Source: Desulfobacterales bacterium
GTDB taxonomy: Bacteria; Desulfobacterota; Desulfobacteria; Desulfobacterales; UBA5852
Reading direction: 5' to 3'
Length of the DNA: 64,000 nucleotides
NCBI GenBank assembly: GCA_963674755.2
Contig: CAXXVS010000002.1
Location: forward strand, 2,016,001-2,080,000
Under the pieces are notes generated by a model. It worked only from the letters and a program-made list of their open reading frames with translations, was not told the origin of the DNA and searched no databases. This document shows positions 19,234 to 27,355 of this stretch, in pieces (position 1 is the stretch's first letter; each line of letters opens with the position of its first letter). A program made the translations under genes and the position numbers.

Positions 19234-20781
19234 ATGTCAAACGACAGTCAACGCGTCATTATTTTCGACACCACCCTGCGGGACGGAGAACAATCCCCCG
19301 GGGCCAGCATGAATACCGGAGAAAAACTGCGACTGGCCGTACAGCTTGAAAAACTCGGGGTCGATGTGATCGAAGCCGGCTTTCCGGCCGCCTCCGAGGG
19401 GGATTTCGAGGCCGTCTCCCAAATCGCGGCCAAACTGAAAAAGGTCCAGGTCGCCGGGTTGGCCCGGGCCACCCGCAGTGATATCGACCGGGCCTGGGCA
19501 GCCGTCCAGCATGCCGCCCATCCCCGGATCCACACCTTTATCGCCACCTCCGACATCCATCTGGAATACAAGCTGCGGATGAAGCGCGAAGAGGTTGTTC
19601 AAGCCGCGGTGGACGCCGTCAAACACGCCCGCAGCTATACCGACAATGTGGAGTTCTCCGCCGAAGACGGGTCCCGCAGCGACTGGGACTTTCTCTGCCG
19701 GATTTTCGAAGCCGCCATCGCGGCCGGGGCCACGACCGTCAACCTGCCGGATACCGTGGGCTATGCGGTCCCGGATGAATTCGCGCAAATGGTCCGCCAC
19801 GTGCGCGAACACACCCCCAACATCGATCGCGCCATTTTCAGCGTACACTGCCACAACGACCTGGGGCTGGCCACGGCCAATACCCTGGCGGCGATTCAGG
19901 CCGGGGCCCGACAGGCTGAGGTCACCCTAAACGGCATCGGGGAGCGGGCTGGCAACACCTCCATGGAAGAAGTCGTGATGGCCCTGCACACCCGCCACAA
20001 TCACATGGGGCTCGACACCGGCATCAGGACCGAACACATCCACGCCAGCAGCCGTCTGGTCAGCATGATCACCGGTATCATGGTGCAACCCAACAAGGCC
20101 ATCGTGGGTGCCAATGCCTTTGCCCACGAAGCCGGCATTCACCAGGACGGCATGCTCAAAAACCCCATGACCTACGAGATCATGCGACCTGAAACCATCG
20201 GTCTGAGCAAGAACCAATTGGTTCTGGGCAAACACTCCGGCCGGCATGCCCTGCGCAACCGCTTGAAAGAGCTGGGGTATGAACTGAGTGAGGAAGAACT
20301 GGACACGATTTTCACCAAATTCAAGGACCTGGCCGACAAGAAGAAGCATATCGTGGACGAAGACCTGGAGGTCATGGTGACCGAGGGCATCCTGCGCACC
20401 TCGGAGGTTTTCAAGCTCAACTACCTGCATGTGACCGCTGGCACCACCGTACTGCCCATGGCCAGCGTTGAGCTGGCCATCAACGGCCGCCCGGCCCGGG
20501 ATGCCGGCTACGGCAACGGGCCCATCGATGCGGCCTTCAACAGCATCGCCAAAATGACCGGCACCCAGTCGGAGCTGCTGCGTTTCACGGTCAGCGCGCT
20601 GACCGGCGGCACCGATTCACAGGGGGAAGTGACCGTGCGCCTGCGGGAAAACGGTCTGGTGGCCCTGGGCAAGGGGGCGGATCCGGACATTATCACGGCC
20701 AGCGCCAAAGCCTATATCAACGGGCTGAACCGGCTCGAATACCTCAAGGCCCACCCGGTTCAGGACCGCCAGGGCCTCTGA
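19234..20781 (+). CDS. leuA: 2-isopropylmalate synthase
   Basis: FDTTLRDGEQSPG, HCHNDLGLA, GIGERAGN, FAHEAGIHQDG. GAGGAG RBS. Confidence 0.96.
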   Translation: MSNDSQRVIIFDTTLRDGEQSPGASMNTGEKLRLAVQLEKLGVDVIEAGFPAASEGDFEAVSQIAAKLKKVQVAGLARATRSDIDRAWAAVQHAAHPRIHTFIATSDIHLEYKLRMKREEVVQAAVDAVKHARSYTDNVEFSAEDGSRSDWDFLCRIFEAAIAAGATTVNLPDTVGYAVPDEFAQMVRHVREHTPNIDRAIFSVHCHNDLGLATANTLAAIQAGARQAEVTLNGIGERAGNTSMEEVVMALHTRHNHMGLDTGIRTEHIHASSRLVSMITGIMVQPNKAIVGANAFAHEAGIHQDGMLKNPMTYEIMRPETIGLSKNQLVLGKHSGRHALRNRLKELGYELSEEELDTIFTKFKDLADKKKHIVDEDLEVMVTEGILRTSEVFKLNYLHVTAGTTVLPMASVELAINGRPARDAGYGNGPIDAAFNSIAKMTGTQSELLRFTVSALTGGTDSQGEVTVRLRENGLVALGKGADPDIITASAKAYINGLNRLEYLKAHPVQDRQGL

Positions 20782-20819
20782 TCTTTCCCGCTCCCGCATT
20801 ACCTGCCCCCATAAAATCG

Positions 20820-20855
20820 AAAAAGCTGAGGCCGTCCGGGCCTCAGCTTTTTTTT
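20820..20855. terminator. Bidirectional intrinsic terminator
   Basis: AAAAAGCTGAGGCC-loop-GGCCTCAGCTTTTTTTT between convergent genes. Confidence 0.88.
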
Positions 20856-20893
20856 AAATCAACTCCACCGTAGACTTTCGCCGGGCGCCTTCC

Positions 20894-21475
20894 CTACAGG
20901 CCCAGATATCCTTCCCGCATATCCTCATCGGCGTCCTTCCCCAGGTTGTAGCGAAAATACATTTGGGCGAAGGCTTTATCGGCAATCGTTCCTTTCTCCT
21001 GCCCCTTGAACACCAGGGTAAGCCCCTTGCCGGGCACATAGGTGGTAACCGAGGTGGCGCCGGGGGCCATGTCCTGGTCCAGCCAGGAGGCGTAAAGATC
21101 GATTTCCTTGCGGTACTTCGCCACCAGTTCGGGAGGATTGGCCTCCGCGATAGCTTCCTTGAACCCATCCTGCAATTTCTCGGCGGTGGCCCTGCTGGTC
21201 AGATAGTGCAGGACGAATTGTTTGACCTGCTCGGATTCGATGGCCTCGGTGGCATCATGGGTGGGCGTCTCAAGATAGAAGCCGCCTGCGAAGACTTTGA
21301 TGAAAAACTTGGTCTTGAGAGCCACCCCGTTGAGCGTGAGGGTTTTGCCGTCCACCACTTTCTGCCCGGGGAAAGTCACGTCGGCGATTTCCATGTCGCC
21401 GGCCCAAGCCGGCGCCCCTGCCATATAAAGCAAGCCTGCCATGCAAACAATGGATAGAATCTTGCGCGTCATCAT
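20894..21475 (-). CDS. Exported chalcone-isomerase-fold (fatty-acid-binding-like) protein
   Basis: Signal peptide, then LTLNGVALKTKFFIKVFAGGFYL and YVPGKGL...KGTI..KAFAQ motifs. Confidence 0.8.
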   Translation of the reverse strand: MMTRKILSIVCMAGLLYMAGAPAWAGDMEIADVTFPGQKVVDGKTLTLNGVALKTKFFIKVFAGGFYLETPTHDATEAIESEQVKQFVLHYLTSRATAEKLQDGFKEAIAEANPPELVAKYRKEIDLYASWLDQDMAPGATSVTTYVPGKGLTLVFKGQEKGTIADKAFAQMYFRYNLGKDADEDMREGYLGL

Positions 21476-21549
21476 GGATTTTTCTTCCTCCCGTTTAAAA
21501 TCCGACCCAAAAAAAGCGTCCGCCCGAGCTATTAATGGCGGCCGGCGTG

Positions 21550-22296
21550 TCAGTCCAGATCGGCCAGGAGCCGTTTGGCCCAATCGGCAAAGTATGGTTC
21601 CGGCGATTGGACTGCGGTCTCCAAAAGCTTGCGGGCTTCCGCTTCATTGTCCTGGCCGCCGATATCGATCAACAGTTCCGCCAGGTAGATCTGGCCTTCC
21701 ACCGACCCTTCCAGGTAGCCGGCCGATTGAAATTCACGCAGGTAGGCCAGGGCCTTGTCGTCGTCGTTCATGGGCCAGGGCAGCACGGTCCAGAAGCGCC
21801 CCAGGGAAAGCATGGGGCCGCCTCGGTTGTATGTCTTGTCGATTTTGTAGGCCGTTTCGAAGCTGTTCTGGGTCTTGCTCTTCAGGCCTTCGCTGAGGGC
21901 GGTGAGGATGCTGACCCCGTCCGAGTAAATTCCGACGCTCAGGCCGTAATAGTAATAGCCTTCCACCTTGTCCGGGGCCAGGGCAATGGCCTTTTCGGCG
22001 AACCCCATGCCCGCCTTGCCGTGTTGGGCGCAGAGATCTTCCCAATCGGCGCCCCCCTGCTGCTTGAGCTTGTTGCCGTAGTCCCGATGGGCGCGGGCGC
22101 ATTTCCAAAGGGCTTCGTAGTTGTCGCCCAATTCGGCGACAGCCTTTTCGTAAAGCGGAATGGCGGCCTTGTAATTCTCCAATCCGCCGGCCTCATACAG
22201 GGCGTCCGCTTCCGCCAGAGTGGATTCGGCCTGCACGGTTCCAAACCCCAATACAATTATTGCCAGTATCATCAGTCCGCCGATGGCTTGTCGCAT
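21550..22296 (-). CDS. Exported TPR-like helical-repeat protein
   Basis: Signal peptide; EALWKCAR, AEKAIALAPDKVEGYYYYG, LGRFW..LPWP helical repeats. Confidence 0.7.
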   Translation of the reverse strand: MRQAIGGLMILAIIVLGFGTVQAESTLAEADALYEAGGLENYKAAIPLYEKAVAELGDNYEALWKCARAHRDYGNKLKQQGGADWEDLCAQHGKAGMGFAEKAIALAPDKVEGYYYYGLSVGIYSDGVSILTALSEGLKSKTQNSFETAYKIDKTYNRGGPMLSLGRFWTVLPWPMNDDDKALAYLREFQSAGYLEGSVEGQIYLAELLIDIGGQDNEAEARKLLETAVQSPEPYFADWAKRLLADLD

Positions 22297-22681
22297 GCGA
22301 TCCCCTCTCTGATATCTATAAAATCATTAAATGAATGACCGTTTATTAAGTTAAATTTTCTTCAAATGTCAAGCATTGAGAGGGCTGGGAAGGGCAAAGG
22401 CGGCTATCGTTGGGGAGAAAATGGTGCGGCGGCATATCGCGGCCGGTGGACGATGGGGCACTGCGTGGGGTGGAAATGGAAGCGGGGATCAAACGCCCGG
22501 CAATCCTTCATGACCAGCCGTTTCAACAGCGACCGGAGCGGGGGCACCCGGGGCATGGCATCGGTTTGCTATCAGTGAAACACACCCGGGGAATACGTCC
22601 CATGGCGGTGATGCCGAACCGGGCGCCCATCATCGCACGGATCCACTATTTCGTTCAGCAACAAAATGATGCGCGCACGGC

Positions 22682-23149
22682 CTAGTCCCCCATCTCCGCC
22701 ATATAGTCGTCGTACATGGATTCCAGGGCCAGTTTGTGTTTGGCTTCTTCCTGGCACAGGATCTTAAAGACTTTCCGGCTGTTTCCCGTATCGGTCCGTT
22801 TCAGCAAGTCATTGTAGAGCGCGAGGGCTTTTTCCTCCCGCTTGATGGCCAGCATCAGAATGTCGCGATAATTCATGCCCTTCTGGTATTCGATGTCCAG
22901 AACCAGGTTGCTGCGTTTGATGTCTTTGATCCATTTGAACTGATAGTCCTCGACCCCATCCATGACGCCACCCGCCTTGAGGGATTCCAGCAGATCGATA
23001 TGCTTGTGCTCCTCTTTGGCAAAGTCCTGGAATGTCTGGCGGTTGCCCGAAAGCGTTTCCTCTTCGCACAGACTCAGATAGAATTGTTCGGCTTCGACCT
23101 CTTTGGCAATCGCAAACTCTAAAATGTCGTCCAGCGTCTCAAAGTCCAT
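22682..23149 (-). CDS. Ferritin-like / rubrerythrin family protein
   Basis: Paired AI.KE..A..FY and EExKH di-iron motifs. Confidence 0.88.
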   Translation of the reverse strand: MDFETLDDILEFAIAKEVEAEQFYLSLCEEETLSGNRQTFQDFAKEEHKHIDLLESLKAGGVMDGVEDYQFKWIKDIKRSNLVLDIEYQKGMNYRDILMLAIKREEKALALYNDLLKRTDTGNSRKVFKILCQEEAKHKLALESMYDDYMAEMGD

Positions 23150-23245
23150 GCCATCTCCTTTCAGTAGATCACAAAGGGGGTATTTCCGATAAGTTGCGTA
23201 TGTTCACAAGGGAGGTTATCGCGTCCCGGCAACAAGCCGGATACG

Positions 23246-24175
23246 TCATCCGTCCAACTGCAAGCTTCCGATCAGATCCTTCAATTGCGCAATGCCCTGC
23301 TTTTGCATAAAACCCTGCAACTCGTCAATAATATCCATGGTGGCCCGGGGATTGACGAAATTGGCGGTTCCCACCTGGATCGCGCTGGCACCGGCAATCA
23401 GAAACTCCAGGGCATCACGGCCGTTCATGATGCCCCCGATGCCGATGACGGGGATGCTGACGGCGCCCGCCACCTGCCACACCATCCGCACCGCCACCGG
23501 CCGGATGGCCGGACCGGATAGCCCGCCGGTAATGTTGGCCAATTTCGGCCGCCGGGTTTCCACATCGATAACCATGCCGGTGATGGTGTTGATGAGGGAA
23601 ACGGCATCCGCCCCCTCCTGCTCCACCGCCCGGGCAATGGCCGCGATGTCGGTAACGTTGGGGGACAGCTTGAGGACCAGGGGCTTGCTGGTGGCGGCCC
23701 TAATACGACGCGTCAGGTCGGCGGCAGCCGTGGGATCGACACCGAAGGCGATGCCGCCGGCCTTGACGTTGGGGCAGGAGATATTGACTTCGATGGCGCT
23801 GATGTTGGACTCCTCATCGACGATCCTCGCCAGGGCCACATAGTCTTCTTCCCGCTGACCGTAGATATTGACGATAATCGGTGTGCCCAGTTGCCGCAGG
23901 AACTTCAGACGCGTGGTCCGGAAGGCCTTGATCCCGATATTCTCCAGGCCGATGGCATTCAGCATGCCGCAGGGCGTCTCGACGATGCGCGGCGGCGGGT
24001 TTCCGTGTGACGGATCCAGCGACAACCCCTTGACGATGATGGCCCCCAGCCGCTTGAGATCCACCAATTCACGAAATTCACCGCCGTAGCCGAAGGTGCC
24101 CGAGGCCGTCATCACGGGATTGCGCAAGGTCAGCCCTGCGATCTGAACGCTTAAATCCGGTGTCGCTTGCTCCAT
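23246..24175 (-). CDS. pyrD: Dihydroorotate dehydrogenase, family 1
   Basis: NPVMTASGTFG, MLNAIGLEN, EVNISCPNV, KLSPNV, GGLSGPAI. Confidence 0.95.
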   Translation of the reverse strand: MEQATPDLSVQIAGLTLRNPVMTASGTFGYGGEFRELVDLKRLGAIIVKGLSLDPSHGNPPPRIVETPCGMLNAIGLENIGIKAFRTTRLKFLRQLGTPIIVNIYGQREEDYVALARIVDEESNISAIEVNISCPNVKAGGIAFGVDPTAAADLTRRIRAATSKPLVLKLSPNVTDIAAIARAVEQEGADAVSLINTITGMVIDVETRRPKLANITGGLSGPAIRPVAVRMVWQVAGAVSIPVIGIGGIMNGRDALEFLIAGASAIQVGTANFVNPRATMDIIDELQGFMQKQGIAQLKDLIGSLQLDG

Positions 24176-24453
24176 TGATCTCCTCAGCGGCCCCATCGGC
24201 GGCCCAATGTCTTGGTGACCCGCCCAACCGGAGGCCATGACGCGTTTCTATGTATGTTATTTTCGAGCCGACATCAAGCGCTGTCCCGTCCCTGTTCACG
24301 TGGGAAACGACGCCCGGGCTCTTCTCCGGGCGAAACGGTCCTCACTTCCAATTTTCATCCGTTTGGGGTAGGACTGTTTCCCATGTTCCCCCCGGCGATT
24401 GACAGGGGTTGCCGAACGCCTCGCCAGGCCGACCGATGCAAAGGAAAACCACG

Positions 24454-24867
24454 ATGCCCGCGACCGAGCAAAACGATGAGAAGCGACAATTTGACCGCAT
24501 CCCGGAAACTGTCCCCATCACCATCCAGAAGATTGCCTATCCCTTGACAGACCAGGCGCCGGTCAAGGCCGTAGGCAGGAATATCAGTGCCGGGGGTATA
24601 TGTTTTGCCGTACCGCAGTCCTATGAACCGGGCGATTTATTGAGCGTTAAGATCAGGCTCACCGGTTGGCAGCGCCACAAGAGTTCCTATGCTGCCGTCA
24701 TCGACGACGATCTGGCTCTGGCACCCCTCACCGCAGTTGCCAAAGTTGCCTGGTGCAAAGCACTGACCGGAACCCCGAATTTCGAAATCGGTGTCATTTT
24801 TGAAAATATCTATGAGGATGACTACCAGGCGCTGAAGAAATACCTGTCGCTTGAAATGCCCATTTGA
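24454..24867 (+). CDS. Single PilZ-domain protein
   Basis: RxxxR (KRQFDR) and NISAGG motifs; C-terminal EIGVIF. Confidence 0.82.
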   Translation: MPATEQNDEKRQFDRIPETVPITIQKIAYPLTDQAPVKAVGRNISAGGICFAVPQSYEPGDLLSVKIRLTGWQRHKSSYAAVIDDDLALAPLTAVAKVAWCKALTGTPNFEIGVIFENIYEDDYQALKKYLSLEMPI

Positions 24868-24980
24868 TCCCATCCCGCGCTTCGCGCGGTCATGAAAGCC
24901 CTCGTCTTTGCTTGAGCATGAAGCCGGGCTAAATATCCCGCCTTTCGTCCGGTAAGGGACTTGTCTCCGATCGCTGGACC

Positions 24981-25017
24981 TGACATATTTTGACAGCGGC
25001 TGTGTCAAATTTCGGCA
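24981..25017. promoter_or_regulatory. Candidate tandem enhancer-binding-protein (UAS) sites
   Basis: TGACA-N5-TGACA (24981-24995) and TGTCA-N5-CGGCA (25003-25017), about 75-110 bp upstream of the -24 box. Confidence 0.45.
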
Positions 25018-25090
25018 GGATCGCCTCTAAATATTCCCCTCGACATCTTTAACCCTCTGAATTCTTTCCTAACAAATCCCATTCAGTTTC

Positions 25091-25107
25091 TTGGTATTAA
25101 TTTTGCT
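25091..25107 (+). promoter_or_regulatory. sigma54 (-24/-12) promoter
   Basis: TTGGTATTAATTTTGCT: GG-N10-GC spacing with TTGCT at -12, in an AT-rich island just upstream of the ORF at 25131/25155. Confidence 0.72.
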
Positions 25108-25154
25108 AGTGCTTATCACGTCACTTTTTAATGACCTTAATCCCATATGCCATC

Positions 25155-25829
25155 ATGAAAAATAAGTATGTAAAGCGTTCTAAAATTTCAGAGGCCAAAT
25201 TCCGTAAAATTATCATGTATTTTAGTCTGGAATTGGACTCCCAAAAGATTGCGGCGTTGACCAGTTTGAATCGCAATACGGTCAACCGCTACCTGGGGCG
25301 GGTCCGCGCCCGGCTCGTCGATCTCTGTGAACTTCAGGCCCGCAGGCGTCAATCCGATCTCAAAGTATCTTCTATGGTCAACGGAGGCGAGTGGAACACG
25401 CCTCGGCAAACGGGAGGGGAAGAAAGCCTGCCGGTCTTCGGAATTCGTTCGCGTAACGATCATGTTTACACGAACCTATTTCCCAGCGGGGTTCATCGTA
25501 AATTGCGCCGGTTGATCCGGGGAGGCGCCGATCGGGCCAATTTCGCCGTACCGAAGGAATGGCACGCTTACGACGGTATCGTGGATCTCAAGGGCCGTTG
25601 GCACTATCGCTTGAGTCCTGTCTCTCCTGGTATCCAGGCATCGGAGGACATCCAACGTGGCATCGAATCCTTCTTGGGGTTTGCACGCAAACGCCTAACC
25701 GCGTTTCATCTCAACGGAAACGATTATTTTAATTTGGCGCTGAAAGAATGTGAGTTTCGGTTCAACAATCGCAAGGAGGATCTGTATCAGCTGCTGTTGA
25801 AGCGTTTCAGGGAAAAACCACTGTCCTGA
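25155..25829 (+). CDS. IS1595/IS1016-family transposase homologue with a degenerate catalytic core (start may be 25131)
   Basis: N-terminus KNKYVKRSKISEAKFR..F...IAALTSLNRNTVNRY and C-terminus GIESF..FARKRL..F...LKECEFRFNNR match this family. The usual EVDESYFG and SDGW catalytic motifs are absent. Confidence 0.75.
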   Translation: MKNKYVKRSKISEAKFRKIIMYFSLELDSQKIAALTSLNRNTVNRYLGRVRARLVDLCELQARRRQSDLKVSSMVNGGEWNTPRQTGGEESLPVFGIRSRNDHVYTNLFPSGVHRKLRRLIRGGADRANFAVPKEWHAYDGIVDLKGRWHYRLSPVSPGIQASEDIQRGIESFLGFARKRLTAFHLNGNDYFNLALKECEFRFNNRKEDLYQLLLKRFREKPLS

Positions 25830-26149
25830 TTGAGCCATGGGCATTAGCCGGCCGAAGGTCTCGCGATGGGAGGCAGCCCATCGCAGTTCGATGGACAGTT
25901 GCTAAAAGCGGCAGCAACAGCATCGCATAACCCGCGGAGAGGACGCTTAACTCTAAAGCCATGGGTTAAGACAACCGATAAAACCTTATGGAAGTGACAC
26001 AGGGATAGCGGTAGGGCGTTCCAATTCAGATTAAGCCGAGAGACCATTAGCCGTTCCAGACAGGTGGCCCTGGCAGGCCTAGCCCTATAGCAGGCGCGTC
26101 CAACGCCCTCCCCTTCCCCTGCGAATCAGGAAAATAAAAGAGGTCCAGC

Positions 26150-27343
26150 TTGATTATTTTCTGCGAAGAATGCGGTACCCAGCATGAATTCCCGGACGAT
26201 GGCAGTGCTGGCAAGCAAACCCTACTCACCTGTGAGGGCTGCCATGAAACCCTGACGGTTCCGGATGAGACCTCCTCCATTGCAGGGCCTTCCCAAAATC
26301 CAATCAGGCTTCTGATCGTGGACGATTCCCGCCTGATTCGGACGGCGGTCAAACGTCTGTTCGCCTCCGATGGCCAGGTTCAGGTGGTGGGAGAGGCGGC
26401 CAACGGTCGGGAAGCCTTGGAGCTGCTGCCGCGCCTCAAACCGGATGTCATCACGCTGGATATCAATATGCCCGAAATGGACGGGCTCTCCACCCTGAAG
26501 CATATCATGATCAAACACCCCACCCCGACGGTCATGTTCAGCGCCCTGACCCGCGAAGGGGCCACCGAAACCTTCGATGCCCTGCGTTTCGGGGCCATCG
26601 ACTTCATGCCCAAACCATCCCAGTCCCGGGGGGAGGATGTCGCGCAACAGGAACGCCTGATTCTGCAAAAAGTCAAAGTCGCCGCCGGTGTGGAAACAGG
26701 GGCGATTCGCCTCCTGAGGACATCCCGAGCAGACCATCAGGATAGCCAAAACCGGGGGATGGATCCAGAGGGCATCGTCGTACTGGGAGCATCGGAAGGC
26801 GGCTATGGAGCCCTCCTGAAAATCGTCCCGCAGCTGCCGCCTGCCCTGCCGGCCGCCTGTATCGCTATTCTGTACGCCGATGCAGCGCATGTATCCGCTT
26901 TTGCCGACTACTTGAATGCCAACAGCGCCGTTACCGTCAAGCGGGCGATGATGGGGGACACCCTCCAGGCCGGGGCCTGCTATTTGGCCTCCGGCAGCGA
27001 ATACACAACCCTGCAGAACGGCGGCGGCCGCATCACCCTGCAGGTCAATCCCTCTCCCTTCCCCGAACGGCGTGGCGCCATCAACATGCTCATGCTGTCG
27101 GCCTCGGAAATCATGTCCCAGCAAGCCATCGGCGTCGTCCTCACCGGCAAGGGCAATGACGGTGCCGAGGGAACCGCTGAAATCCGCCGCGTGGGAGGGA
27201 CGGTGATCCTGCAGGCCCCCCGCACCTGTCTTTTTCAGGAAATGGTCCAGGCCACCCTGCGCACGGGTAAAGCCGATTATGTCTGTGCCGATCTGGATAT
27301 CGCCTCAGCGATCAAAACCGCTTTTGGATACCAAAACAACTAG
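26150..27343 (+). CDS. cheB: Zn-ribbon-REC-CheB-like protein, catalytic His missing
   Basis: CEECG...CEGC N-terminus; LDINMPEMDG receiver; GASEGG / ILYAD / TGKGNDG. Confidence 0.82.
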   Translation: MIIFCEECGTQHEFPDDGSAGKQTLLTCEGCHETLTVPDETSSIAGPSQNPIRLLIVDDSRLIRTAVKRLFASDGQVQVVGEAANGREALELLPRLKPDVITLDINMPEMDGLSTLKHIMIKHPTPTVMFSALTREGATETFDALRFGAIDFMPKPSQSRGEDVAQQERLILQKVKVAAGVETGAIRLLRTSRADHQDSQNRGMDPEGIVVLGASEGGYGALLKIVPQLPPALPAACIAILYADAAHVSAFADYLNANSAVTVKRAMMGDTLQAGACYLASGSEYTTLQNGGGRITLQVNPSPFPERRGAINMLMLSASEIMSQQAIGVVLTGKGNDGAEGTAEIRRVGGTVILQAPRTCLFQEMVQATLRTGKADYVCADLDIASAIKTAFGYQNN

Positions 27344-27355
27344 GGAGAAAGAACC

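Noticed and set aside
25131..25829. Active IS1595 insertion sequence
   Set aside because: No terminal inverted repeats or target duplication seen and the catalytic motifs are missing, so it is not called as a mobile element
25830..26149. Possible c-di-GMP/cGAMP (GEMM) riboswitch before the first CheB (AAAGCC...GATAGCGG fragments)
   Set aside because: The P2 hairpin with GNRA loop and the closing P1 could not be identified; an Infernal scan would be needed
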